From contig CAYISZ010000001.1 of assembly GCA_964366455.1 (NCBI GenBank), positions 15,111 to 79,110 of the forward strand: 64,000 nt of DNA. The letters are read 5' to 3'. A program made the translations under genes and the position numbers. Shown here piece by piece: positions 46,028 to 54,342 of the stretch; the first letter of the stretch is position 1; the number at the start of each line of letters is the position of its first letter. Under the pieces are notes generated by a model. The model was not told the DNA's origin and ran no database searches. It was given only the letters and a program-made list of their open reading frames with translations. This stretch comes from an uncultured Gammaproteobacteria bacterium. Its GTDB lineage: Bacteria > Patescibacteriota > Microgenomatia > UBA1406 > GWC2-37-13.

Positions 46028-46660
46028 TTACTCTGGCAAATCAAAATGAACCCTAATTAACTCTTGTGCGTAAGCGTGAACTTCATCGTGATTAAAGGGC
46101 GTTGCAGTTAAAGTTGTCCTTTGATCTACTCCTCGAGTTCTTTTTATATTCCTATGCACGTCGTGAGTGAAAATGATTTGAAGTTTTCCTTTCCCAAAAC
46201 TATCAGGAAATCTTTTTCTCAGTACTTTTACCATTTCTTCCTTATGATGAATGTATTTTGGAAGTCTCGCGTTTCTATCCTGGGCAGTATACTCTACGAT
46301 TACTGCGCTACCTTGACCTTCATCATCACTCAAAATAAGTCCATCGGGTAAATATTCATTCAATATCCCACCCTGAAGTAAAGTGTGTGCTGGAAGTCCA
46401 CCATATAAATCAAGAAAGTGCTCTTGAGTTTGATCTGGATCGAGCAATCTTTGGTGAGGTTTTAATCTAGCTCGAAACCACAGATAACCAATCTCCTCAA
46501 ACACTCTGCCAGTAAAACTTTTCTGAAACTCCATTGGAAAAAAATGACGACGTGATTCGATAAATGCATTGGTGTTCTGAATTAATGCATCGAAGCGGTC
46601 TGACGAACGGAAAAGTTCTCTGAAGTCGGCATGATTAGGTTGCGGATTTTCTTTTAGCAT
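46028..46660 (-). CDS. Hypothetical protein (possible PD-(D/E)xK-like nuclease fold; weak)
   Basis: 210 aa. The segment PDGLILSDDEGQGSAVIVEYT resembles a D...ExK-type core but has no Lys. Confidence 0.45.
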   Translation of the reverse strand: MLKENPQPNHADFRELFRSSDRFDALIQNTNAFIESRRHFFPMEFQKSFTGRVFEEIGYLWFRARLKPHQRLLDPDQTQEHFLDLYGGLPAHTLLQGGILNEYLPDGLILSDDEGQGSAVIVEYTAQDRNARLPKYIHHKEEMVKVLRKRFPDSFGKGKLQIIFTHDVHRNIKRTRGVDQRTTLTATPFNHDEVHAYAQELIRVHFDLPE

Positions 46661-46689
46661 GCTTTGTATTAAACACGAAGATTATAGCA

Positions 46690-46766
46690 GGAAGAAAAGA
46701 AAGAGCCCGCCACAATTTAGCATTCGAACACGTCTGACGTGTCTCATGCTGCATTTGTTGGCGGAC
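46690..46766 (-). terminator. Long compound hairpin plus a U-rich tract downstream of tRNA-Pro
   Basis: The minus strand reads GTCCGCCA...AGCAT..ACACGT-CAG-ACGTGT..ATGCT...TGGCGGGC, followed by TCTTTCTTTTCTTCC. Confidence 0.45.
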
Positions 46767-46812
46767 ATAAGAAAGCCTAATTACTCGCTCCGCTCGCAAA
46801 CGCTTTCTAATG

Positions 46813-46884
46813 TCGGGGTGCCGGGAATTGAACCCGGTGTCTCAGCGTCCCGAACGCTGCATGTTTCCGATACACTACACCCCG
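46813..46884 (-). tRNA. tRNA-Pro (anticodon CGG), CCA not encoded
   Basis: Hand-folded cloverleaf: acceptor CGGGGTG/CACCCCG, D stem GTGT/ACAT, anticodon stem CAGCG/CGCTG with loop TTCGGGA, 5-nt variable loop, T arm CCGGG-TTCAATT-CCCGG, discriminator A. Confidence 0.85.
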
Positions 46885-46895
46885 AAGTTGAAAAG

Positions 46896-47435
46896 TTAAT
46901 GTTTCCCGCTACCTTTCATTTCTGGTTGATTCTCTTGTACTGCAAGTTTAGTTCTTTTCTTTTTCTTCGCAAATAATCCTCCTCGTGCTACCTTTCCTTC
47001 AGGAGCATCTGAGTCTCTATTTGCCATAAGTCTTCTTTTTATTTCTTCTTGGCGTCTTTGCTCATCCGACAGTTCCTGTTCTTTTTCTTGCTGTTCAGTC
47101 TGAGCTTCCCGTTTTATCTCATGATCCTGCTCCCCCTTTACTCGGTGAAATAATCTGCTTCGAACTTCGGCCAGTTTTTTTTGTTCATCCTGTTTCTTCT
47201 TTTGTTCAAGATCAGAAAGCTCGTGCTCCCCTTTCACTTTATCCACTTTAAGCGGAGTGTGATTTTCTGGTGCTTGCGGTGTTTCGGGCGATGCTGGTTG
47301 TTCCGCTGAAGAATCTTGCTTATTAAAGGCTTCAAGTGGATTGAAGGTTCTAAGTACCTCACCTGCGGCTCGCTTTGGAATTTCACCAAGAGTCTCTAGA
47401 GTGTCTAAAACTTTGGAGATGCGTTGTTTTTTCAT
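46896..47435 (-). CDS. Hypothetical highly charged (Glu/Lys/Gln-rich) protein
   Basis: 179-aa ORF, low complexity and coiled-coil-like. Confidence 0.5.
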   Translation of the reverse strand: MKKQRISKVLDTLETLGEIPKRAAGEVLRTFNPLEAFNKQDSSAEQPASPETPQAPENHTPLKVDKVKGEHELSDLEQKKKQDEQKKLAEVRSRLFHRVKGEQDHEIKREAQTEQQEKEQELSDEQRRQEEIKRRLMANRDSDAPEGKVARGGLFAKKKKRTKLAVQENQPEMKGSGKH

Positions 47436-47441
47436 ATATCG

Positions 47442-47756
47442 TTAGATTATGCCCAATTTTGCCTTTGCTGTTTCGCTCATTTTTTCCATCGTCCAAGGAG
47501 GATCGAAGGTTAGTGTAATTTTTACATCCGAAAGGCCCATTGTGTGAAGTTTATTATAAATATCTTGTTCAATTAAAGAAAAAAGCGGACATCCAATTGT
47601 GGTAAGAGTCATGAGAATTTTTACCGCCTCTTTTTTAACTTCTACGTTGTATACGAGCCCAAGATCTACAATTGAAATATTTAACTCGGGATCAAGTACG
47701 CTTTTCAAAGCTTTCTGTACGGTGACTTTGTTAGCTGGACTTTTTTTCTTTTTCAT
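47442..47756 (-). CDS. DUF59/MIP18-family Fe-S cluster assembly protein (SufT/PaaD-like)
   Basis: LDPELNISIVDLGLVY...TTIGCPL. Confidence 0.8.
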   Translation of the reverse strand: MKKKKSPANKVTVQKALKSVLDPELNISIVDLGLVYNVEVKKEAVKILMTLTTIGCPLFSLIEQDIYNKLHTMGLSDVKITLTFDPPWTMEKMSETAKAKLGII

Positions 47757-47762
47757 AGACTT

Positions 47763-47789
47763 ATTATATCAGGCTGGGTATGCTAGAAT
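47763..47789. promoter_or_regulatory. Back-to-back divergent -10 boxes (TATAAT for the minus-strand gene, TGCTAGAAT for rnj), each 6 nt from its ATG
   Basis: The 39-nt spacer reads agactt attata tcaggctgggta tgc tagaat gattct ATG. Confidence 0.5.
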
Positions 47790-47795
47790 GATTCT

Positions 47796-49526
47796 ATGGA
47801 TTCGACTCGCATAGCTCGCTCACCACAAGTGGATTCGGTTAACTTAACGCAGACGTCTTCGGAATATAAACTACGATTCGTATCGCTTGGTGGAATTCTT
47901 GGTGTGACCAAAAACATGTATCTGTACGAGCTTTATAAAGGAGATCAACTCCAGGATATTGTAATCGTTGACTGCGGAATTGGGTTTCCTCAGGACAAAG
48001 CGCTGGGAGTGGACTTTGTAATTCCAGACATATCGTATCTGAAGGATAAGTTAAGCAAAGTTCGGGCGATTTTATTGACTCATGGACATGAGGATCATAT
48101 CTCAGCCCTACCCTACCACTATACAGATTTAGGCGAACCTCCAATGTATGCGAGCAGACTAACCTCAGCCTTTATTAAAAATAAATTCAAAGAAACCGGC
48201 CAGCAACCCAAAATAAATCTTGTTGATTTTGATCAGCGATATAAATTCGGAGGAATTACTGCGGAGTTTGTAAGAATGACTCACTCGATTCCAGACACAA
48301 CGCACATTTTAATAAGAACACCAGCAGGAAATATTTATCACGGAAGTGATTACAAACTGGATTTAACTCCTCCTTACGGATCACCGCCCGACTTTTACAA
48401 AATCACACAGTTTGGACATGAGGGCGCACTATGTCTTATGTCTGACTGTCTAGGTACCGATCGTGAAGGTCTAACTCTTTCTGAAAATATTGTCGGGCAG
48501 ACATTCGAAGATCAGATGAGAAAGACTAAGGGTAAATTTATAATGAGCACCTTCTCTTCAAACATCTCGCGTATTCGTCAGTGTGTAGAAGCTGCGAAGA
48601 AATTTAATCGCAAGGTCGCTTTCCTAGGACGCTCAATGAAAGATAACACTGCAATTGCTGCCGAGATTGGGTATCTTCCAGAACTTAAGACTCTACTTAT
48701 TCGCGATGATCAAGTAATGAAAATGGCTCCGAACAAAGTCTGTCTTATAGTCGCGGGATCTCAAGGACAGTACAACTCTGCTCTTGCAAGACTGGCTTCT
48801 CAACAACATAAATTTATTGCTATAAAGCCTGGCGATGCGGTGGTTTTCTCATCCGACCCAATTCCTGGAAATGAGAACGAAGTTTACAGTCTCATTGAAG
48901 ATTTGGTTCTGCTTGGAGCCGATGTTGTGTACTCGGATGTGCAGGAGCAGTTGCACGCTTCTGGTCACGGTAGTCAGGAAGATATTAAGTTCCTTGCAAG
49001 ATTTGTTGACCCAACCTACTTTATTCCAATTGGTGGAACTATTCGGCATCAACGTGGGTATCAGAATCTGATGACGGACTTAGGTTACAAAAAAGATAAC
49101 GTACTCTTGTTGGATGAAGGCGATACGATAATTTTTGAAAAAAAAGGCGCACGAAAAGGTCCAAAGATTCCTACAAAAACCATCTATGTGGATGCGTATG
49201 GAGTAGGAGATGTCGGCAGCGTAATTCTTAGAGATAGACAAATTATCTCTACCGATGGTATGGTAGTAGCGTTGGTACTTCTTGATGTGCAGAATAAACT
49301 CATAACCAAGCCAAGTATTGTAAGTAGAGGATTTGTATTTGAGAAAGGGGAAGAAAAGTTGATGGGAGAGGCAACCAAAATGATCGAATCGGTACTAATT
49401 GCCAGAGGAACACAACCACTAAGCGTGACCACTTTCAAAAAACAAATTGCGGATAATTTAGAGCAGCTGTTTCTTGAATCAAAGGGACGCAAACCACTCA
49501 TCGTTGTAGAAGTTATACAGATTTAA
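47796..49526 (+). CDS. rnj: Ribonuclease J
   Basis: 576 aa with the metallo-beta-lactamase motif LLTHGHEDHISALP and beta-CASP / C-terminal domains. Confidence 0.9.
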   Translation: MDSTRIARSPQVDSVNLTQTSSEYKLRFVSLGGILGVTKNMYLYELYKGDQLQDIVIVDCGIGFPQDKALGVDFVIPDISYLKDKLSKVRAILLTHGHEDHISALPYHYTDLGEPPMYASRLTSAFIKNKFKETGQQPKINLVDFDQRYKFGGITAEFVRMTHSIPDTTHILIRTPAGNIYHGSDYKLDLTPPYGSPPDFYKITQFGHEGALCLMSDCLGTDREGLTLSENIVGQTFEDQMRKTKGKFIMSTFSSNISRIRQCVEAAKKFNRKVAFLGRSMKDNTAIAAEIGYLPELKTLLIRDDQVMKMAPNKVCLIVAGSQGQYNSALARLASQQHKFIAIKPGDAVVFSSDPIPGNENEVYSLIEDLVLLGADVVYSDVQEQLHASGHGSQEDIKFLARFVDPTYFIPIGGTIRHQRGYQNLMTDLGYKKDNVLLLDEGDTIIFEKKGARKGPKIPTKTIYVDAYGVGDVGSVILRDRQIISTDGMVVALVLLDVQNKLITKPSIVSRGFVFEKGEEKLMGEATKMIESVLIARGTQPLSVTTFKKQIADNLEQLFLESKGRKPLIVVEVIQI

Positions 49527-49527
49527 C

Positions 49528-50157
49528 ATGGCCGGCCTACCATCCAATCTTAAGCATATTGCCTACTTCTTACAAAGACTCCCAGGAATCGGTGAAAAGA
49601 CAGCAAATAGACTCGCTTTTTATTTTCTTCGTCTTCCTCAACAGGAACTGAAGGAACTTAGTGAAAGCATTTTACAGCTCAAGGAGAAAACCAAGCTATG
49701 CTTGGAATGTAAAAACCTAACAGAGCACGATAGATGCTCTATCTGTGAAAATCCATCACGTGATAAAACTCAGATAACTGTAGTAGAGGATGTTCTTGAC
49801 TTACTTTCTTTCGAAACTGGAAATATTTATAGCGGCGTTTATCACGTGCTTCACGGTAAGATAGATCCATTAAACAACATTGGTCCTGACGATATTCAGA
49901 TCGATGCACTTTTTGAAAGAGTTAAAGGAGTAGAGATTGCAGAAGTTGTACTCGCGACAAATCTAGATATGGAAGGCGAGGCAACCTCTATGTATATTAA
50001 AGAGAAGCTCAAACTAGAGAACGCCAAACGCAAAGCAAATAAACACAAAGAATTTAAAGTGACCAGACTTGCTTATGGTCTTCCAATGGGATCAAACCTC
50101 GAGTACGCCGACTACATGACTCTGAAGCGCGCTCTCGAAGGCCGAAATGAGTATTAA
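49528..50157 (+). CDS. recR: Recombination protein RecR
   Basis: LPGIGEKTANRLAFYFL helix-hairpin-helix, Cys4 zinc finger CLECKN...CSIC and a Toprim region. Confidence 0.93.
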   Translation: MAGLPSNLKHIAYFLQRLPGIGEKTANRLAFYFLRLPQQELKELSESILQLKEKTKLCLECKNLTEHDRCSICENPSRDKTQITVVEDVLDLLSFETGNIYSGVYHVLHGKIDPLNNIGPDDIQIDALFERVKGVEIAEVVLATNLDMEGEATSMYIKEKLKLENAKRKANKHKEFKVTRLAYGLPMGSNLEYADYMTLKRALEGRNEY

Positions 50158-50504
50158 TTATTTACAGTTCCTTTTCCAACCAAATCCCCTTTAGTTGTTG
50201 TGTAAATATTTCTCCTAGGAAAAAAATGTTTTTCGGTTATCGTGGAAGAAACAACGCGTGATCCGGTTCTCCTTTCAATCTCTGAGAGTCTTTTTTCCTC
50301 CATATTTTTACTCACAAGAGACAAAGCAACCGCTAAAGTAGCAGATGCAATAGAGCCTATCAGTAATCTAGGATGATTCTCAGTTAAAGAAGCAAGCGAA
50401 ATAGCCGAGGCTCCTAAAGCATAAACTCGCGATGTCATATCGCGGACTCTGTAGCAGTTGGCTTCATATTTTAGCCTAGGTATTCTTTTAAACTCTTTTG
50501 ACAT
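50154..50504 (-). CDS. Small putative membrane protein, paralog A
   Basis: Shares RL-YEANC, ENHP between two hydrophobic helices, and HFFxRRNxY with 51243..51578. Start set to ATG 50504, 7 nt downstream of the TATAAT at 50512-50517. Confidence 0.5.
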   Translation of the reverse strand: MSKEFKRIPRLKYEANCYRVRDMTSRVYALGASAISLASLTENHPRLLIGSIASATLAVALSLVSKNMEEKRLSEIERRTGSRVVSSTITEKHFFPRRNIYTTTKGDLVGKGTVNN

Positions 50505-50670
50505 AGAGTGCATTATAGTCTGTATTTATTTTATTTCAATGCTTTGGCGATTTCGTGGCGAGGAAGTATTGTAAATATAGTTCTTACGCTTTTTTAGACA
50601 TGGCTGTAACTCTGTAGTATAAAGAATCTTAAATCCTGCCGTAACAACCCGTAGCCTTGCTTTTGTAGCA

Positions 50671-50676
50671 TATAAT
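50671..50676 (+). promoter_or_regulatory. -10 box upstream of the TrpR-like gene
   Basis: gcaTATAATcc, 23 nt before ATG 50700. The palindromic site lies between this box and the ATG. Confidence 0.4.
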
Positions 50677-50688
50677 CCATAGACATGA

Positions 50689-50714
50689 GGTTCGATTAAA
50701 TGTTTAATCGAGCT
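50689..50714. promoter_or_regulatory. Imperfect palindrome GGTTCGATTAAA-TG-TTTAATCGAgCt spanning the start codon (candidate operator)
   Basis: About 10 of 12 arm positions pair. The ATG at 50700 sits at the dyad centre. Confidence 0.5.
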
Positions 50715-51152
50715 ATGACGCACATTTCTAGATTTAAGCTCAACGAACGAGTTTTGGACAAAATTTTTAAGTTGTTTTTTGAAGTGGTTGGAAAGAATCC
50801 AAGCAAGAAGGAATTTGAAATAATTACCAACGAGCTACTTTCATATACGGAGCGGATAATGATTGCCAAGAGAATAGCGATAATGTACCTACTTTTGAGG
50901 GGAATTGAGCGACGGAACATTGCTAGGGTTCTAAAGGTCTCTTCAGAAACAATCTCTAAGTTCAGCTTGTTGCTCCAGTTTAGTAATGGTATAAAACCAA
51001 TACTAAACCGAATGAAGGGAAGCGATGAATTATCGCTAGTACTTGAGGAATTGTTTCATGCGTTATTTGGGCCGGGAAACTATGGCGTCGACTGGACTGC
51101 AGCTTGGGAACGAAGGAGATCAATTTCAAGAAAAAAGGAGGACGGGATTTAA
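50700..51152 (+). CDS. TrpR-like (YerC/YecD family) helix-turn-helix protein
   Basis: LLSYTERIMIAKRIAIMYLLLRGIERRNIARVLKVSSETISKF matches the remembered TrpR/YerC pattern. Confidence 0.65.
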   Translation: MFNRAMTHISRFKLNERVLDKIFKLFFEVVGKNPSKKEFEIITNELLSYTERIMIAKRIAIMYLLLRGIERRNIARVLKVSSETISKFSLLLQFSNGIKPILNRMKGSDELSLVLEELFHALFGPGNYGVDWTAAWERRRSISRKKEDGI

Positions 51153-51155
51153 GTT

Positions 51156-51181
51156 GGTTCGATTAAACATTTAATCGAACC
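51156..51181. promoter_or_regulatory. Perfect 12+12 palindrome GGTTCGATTAAA-CA-TTTAATCGAACC, 4 nt after the TrpR-like stop (operator or hairpin terminator)
   Basis: Read directly from the sequence. The arms are the same 12-mer as at 50689. Confidence 0.55.
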
Positions 51182-51242
51182 GTGTGATGATATGAATATA
51201 TTTAGCAGGATTTGTAAATTCAGAAAGTGGTTTGATTGATGC

Positions 51243-51578
51243 TTAGGCTGAGGCAGAAGTGGAAGGGTTACGATAAAGATTTCTTCGTGTGAAAAAATGT
51301 CTGGTAGTCACTTCTGGTAAAGGCTCCCCTTTAGTCTCGTGTCTTTTATTAATTTTTACTGTTTTAAGTAAAAAACCCTCTACACTAATAATTGTTTCCG
51401 CTAATGAAGAGTAATAAGCTATATCCACAGCAGTTCTTAGTACTGGGTGATTTTCTACCACGTTAGCGGTAGACAATATAAGCGATGATAATAGTGATAC
51501 CATGCTAACATCGCCACGATATTCATGACAATTCGCTTCATATTGGAGTCTTTCAGCGCTTTTCTCTGCTTTAGCCAT
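51243..51578 (-). CDS. Small putative membrane protein, paralog B
   Basis: Same conserved blocks as paralog A. TATAAT at 51586-51591 lies 7 nt upstream of ATG 51578 (TATAATGCTCCCTATG, versus TATAATGCACTCTATG for A). Confidence 0.5.
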   Translation of the reverse strand: MAKAEKSAERLQYEANCHEYRGDVSMVSLLSSLILSTANVVENHPVLRTAVDIAYYSSLAETIISVEGFLLKTVKINKRHETKGEPLPEVTTRHFFTRRNLYRNPSTSASA

Positions 51579-51604
51579 AGGGAGCATTATAACAAGATAT
51601 TTAC

Positions 51605-52522
51605 CTATTTCAACGCCTTGGCGATTTCGGAGGCGATGGAGATTTCACGAAGTTTGGCAAAGTTTTGCGATGACTTGAGTGGAATCGTGTTGGTTGTGTA
51701 AAAAGCCTTTAGGCTAGAGTTTTGGATTCTGTCTGGCGCCTTTGTCGAGAAATCATGGTGAGTAATAGCAGCATATACTTCTTTTGCTCCCCTATCCAGG
51801 CACATGTCCGCAGCATGTAAAAGCGTTCCACCTGAGGTGACGATATCATCTATAAGAATTGCGGTTTTGCCTTTAACATCACCAAAAATATCTAAAGCTG
51901 TGCTTTGATGTTTATGATCCTGGTCTCGTTTTTTCTCAATTATGACTAGGTCAAAATCTTCGGATCCAAACAGCGCTTTTCCAAATGCTCTTGCACGTTC
52001 AATCCCTCCTTGATCTGGTGAAACAATTGCTACAGTTTCTTTAGAAATTTGTTTTAGGTCTTTTTTCATCTGTCGTGCCATTGCCTCCAAACCTGATAAA
52101 TGAACAAATGGAATTGAAAAGACTCCCATCAACCCCTCATCGTGCAAATCGAATGTAATTACTTTTGTAAAACCTATATGTTCAAGAAGATCTATCACCA
52201 CGTGGGCCGATACAGCCTCACCTTTTCGGTGCTGAATGTTTTGTCTTGCATAACCAAAATAAGGGATTACGGCGGTAATGTCCTTTGCTCCTTCGCGTTT
52301 AAGAGCGTCGCAAAAGAAGAAAAGCTGCATCAAAGAATGATTAGTGGGGTTTGAGGTTGGCTGAATTATCGCAACTGGTTTATTATTGGTATTCTCTAAG
52401 ATTCTTACACGAACTTCAGAATTATCAAATCGGATAATTTCCGTTTTACCAAGTTTAATTTTAAGAAGTTGTGCAACCTCTTTGGAGAGTTTGGGATGTG
52501 CTGTTCCTGAAAATAGGATCAT
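51605..52522 (-). CDS. prs: Ribose-phosphate pyrophosphokinase
   Basis: 305 aa with ILFSGTAHPKL and the PRPP-binding loop ILIDDIVTSGGTL. Confidence 0.92.
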   Translation of the reverse strand: MILFSGTAHPKLSKEVAQLLKIKLGKTEIIRFDNSEVRVRILENTNNKPVAIIQPTSNPTNHSLMQLFFFCDALKREGAKDITAVIPYFGYARQNIQHRKGEAVSAHVVIDLLEHIGFTKVITFDLHDEGLMGVFSIPFVHLSGLEAMARQMKKDLKQISKETVAIVSPDQGGIERARAFGKALFGSEDFDLVIIEKKRDQDHKHQSTALDIFGDVKGKTAILIDDIVTSGGTLLHAADMCLDRGAKEVYAAITHHDFSTKAPDRIQNSSLKAFYTTNTIPLKSSQNFAKLREISIASEIAKALK

Positions 52523-52531
52523 AGAGAGATA

Positions 52532-52786
52532 TTACTCTTTATCGTCCTGACTCATACTCATGAGTGTTCTGGCTGCTTGTTCTTGAGTTTTTTTAACAGC
52601 TTCGTTAATGGCGTCAGTAATTCTGTTGTCGCGTTCCCCATCGACCATGATTTCTTTAATTTTTTGGTCACCTCTCATTACAACCGTGATGCCATCTTTC
52701 TCAACAGTGACTTCTTGTTTCTGAAGTTCCTGCTGCATTTTCTGCAGTTTGTGAATATCGCCGAGACCTTTTAGTGGATTAAACAT
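52532..52786 (-). CDS. ybaB: Nucleoid-associated protein YbaB/EbfC
   Basis: 84 aa with a KLQKMQQELQK...V start and a position directly downstream of dnaX. Confidence 0.8.
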   Translation of the reverse strand: MFNPLKGLGDIHKLQKMQQELQKQEVTVEKDGITVVMRGDQKIKEIMVDGERDNRITDAINEAVKKTQEQAARTLMSMSQDDKE

Positions 52787-52791
52787 ATGGA

Positions 52792-53763
52792 TTAATTATA
52801 AAACTCTGAAACAGCAATCTCAAGAGGTAATGATTCAATCGGGGAATATGAGATGGATCTGTGCGCCTCTGACAGCAGTTTTATAAGTTTTGTAATCTGA
52901 GCAATCGATAAGTCTATTTTTAGAGGTTCGTTTTCGGGTTTGATTCCGTTTTTTGACAGAAGCAATGCGTGAAGATCTTTAAGTGAGGATTCTATGAGAT
53001 TTTTGATACTTCCTCCTTCGTTAGAAAAACGCTGAATCCACGCCAAGGTTTGAGGAAGTTGGGATGTATGAATAACCTCGATTAAATTCTTTGTCCCAAA
53101 TAGTCCCAGATATTCCTTGGCCTCTTGGACGGTAAGTTTTTTTTGAATTGAAAGATCTTCTAGAATTTTTGCCGCATCTCGAAATGAAAAGTCGGCGTAC
53201 TGAGCAATAAGCGATAATAATTCATTATCTAAATTCATTTTTTCGTGTTTGGCAATTCTCTCGAGCATTGTAATGATGTCTATTTGTTTACCTCGGCCAA
53301 AATTAATTACAGAGCATCGCGAAATAATAGTTTTAGGCACCTTCTCAAGATTAGTTGTCGCAAGAATGAAAATGGCTGTTGCAGGCGGTTCCTCCAAAGT
53401 TTTAAGAAGTGCGTTGTAGGCCTCGGTAGTAATCATATGTGCTTCATCGATAATAAATATTCGATAAGCGCTGGTCATCGGCAGGTACGAAGCTTCTTTA
53501 ATAATATTTTTTACTTCCTCGATACCTCGATTTGACGCAGCATCCATCTCGACAATGTCTGAAGAGTTTTCTTCTTTTGTTGTTTTGTTTAATGTTTGAG
53601 CCACAATACGTGCTACCGATGTTTTTCCCGTTCCCTTCTGACCTACAAAAAGAAATGCATGTGGAAGGCTTTGCTTTGAGGAAAGAAGTTTAGTAATGGT
53701 CTCTCGAACGTTGGAGTTATCAATCTCTTCAAGAGTCTGTGGACGATATTTGAGATAGAACAT
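52792..53763 (-). CDS. dnaX: DNA polymerase III gamma/tau subunit (short form)
   Basis: YRPQTLEEI, Walker A GQKGTGKTS, DEAHM and SRC (ISRCSV) motifs. At 323 aa there is no tau extension. Confidence 0.88.
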   Translation of the reverse strand: MFYLKYRPQTLEEIDNSNVRETITKLLSSKQSLPHAFLFVGQKGTGKTSVARIVAQTLNKTTKEENSSDIVEMDAASNRGIEEVKNIIKEASYLPMTSAYRIFIIDEAHMITTEAYNALLKTLEEPPATAIFILATTNLEKVPKTIISRCSVINFGRGKQIDIITMLERIAKHEKMNLDNELLSLIAQYADFSFRDAAKILEDLSIQKKLTVQEAKEYLGLFGTKNLIEVIHTSQLPQTLAWIQRFSNEGGSIKNLIESSLKDLHALLLSKNGIKPENEPLKIDLSIAQITKLIKLLSEAHRSISYSPIESLPLEIAVSEFYN

Positions 53764-53767
53764 GTCC

Positions 53768-54115
53768 CTATTTTAGCAAATTACGGACTCCGTGCTCGAC
53801 CAGTTCGGTCATGACGTCATCGACTCGTCGATTTCGCTCTGCAGCAAGAAGAATTGCCTGAGGGTAGCAAATGAAAACTTCGCCAATAAATTCCTTACGT
53901 GGATCCGAGCTATCTCTGATAGGAAAGGACAGCACTGGCAAAGCTACGTCCTCATTTTTGTAGGTAGAGCTAATAGACTTCATTTTAGTCTTACCCACAA
54001 ATACCAAGTTGAGATGTTTCGAAGAAGAAGTAGCTTCTAACAAGACGCGCTCGACAGTTCCCTTAAGTCGAGTTCTATTAATTCGATATCTTGATGATGA
54101 AATTATGGTTACCAT
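53768..54115 (-). CDS. ybeY: YbeY-like protein, C-terminally short (metal-binding His triad incomplete)
   Basis: LPVLSFPI, GEVFICYP and ELVEHGVRNLLK* align with the YbeY blocks TDVLSFP, GDIVI and HGxLHLxGYDH. The protein ends before the GYDH block. Confidence 0.6.
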   Translation of the reverse strand: MVTIISSSRYRINRTRLKGTVERVLLEATSSSKHLNLVFVGKTKMKSISSTYKNEDVALPVLSFPIRDSSDPRKEFIGEVFICYPQAILLAAERNRRVDDVMTELVEHGVRNLLK

Positions 54116-54315
54116 TTAATCATTCTAAGAGGGCGTTTTTTGCTGAATCTCTTTTTTATTCTTTCTTTCTCTGCTTCCTTCTTTTGTAGAGATGGCTTCT
54201 TGTAATACTGTCTTTTTCGAACCTCATCAACCACATTCTCCTCAAAAAAAGTTTTTGAGAATTTGCGGAACATTGAGTCTTTTGTTTCTCCTTTTCGTTT
54301 TGATACTACTACCAT
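54109..54315 (-). CDS. rpsU: 30S ribosomal protein S21
   Basis: 68 aa and basic, with MFRKFSKTFFEENVVDEVRKRQYYKKPS. GGGAGG upstream. Confidence 0.85.
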   Translation of the reverse strand: MVVVSKRKGETKDSMFRKFSKTFFEENVVDEVRKRQYYKKPSLQKKEAEKERIKKRFSKKRPLRMIKW

Positions 54316-54342
54316 ATACTATGACAACCTCCCTTCGAAAAT

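Noticed and set aside
46659-46976. 105-aa plus-strand ORF
   Set aside because: It runs antisense straight through the tRNA-Pro gene and the start of the charged-protein gene, so it is spurious.
50526-50920. Minus-strand ORFs 50526..50723 and 50696..50920
   Set aside because: They overlap the palindrome and run antisense to the TrpR-like CDS. They have no promoter-ATG geometry like the real neighbours.
50689-51181. Treating the palindrome-bracketed TrpR-like gene as an insertion sequence
   Set aside because: There is no transposase or recombinase inside, no target-site duplication was seen, and the product is a small HTH regulator. It is kept only as an inversion or operator hypothesis in the findings.
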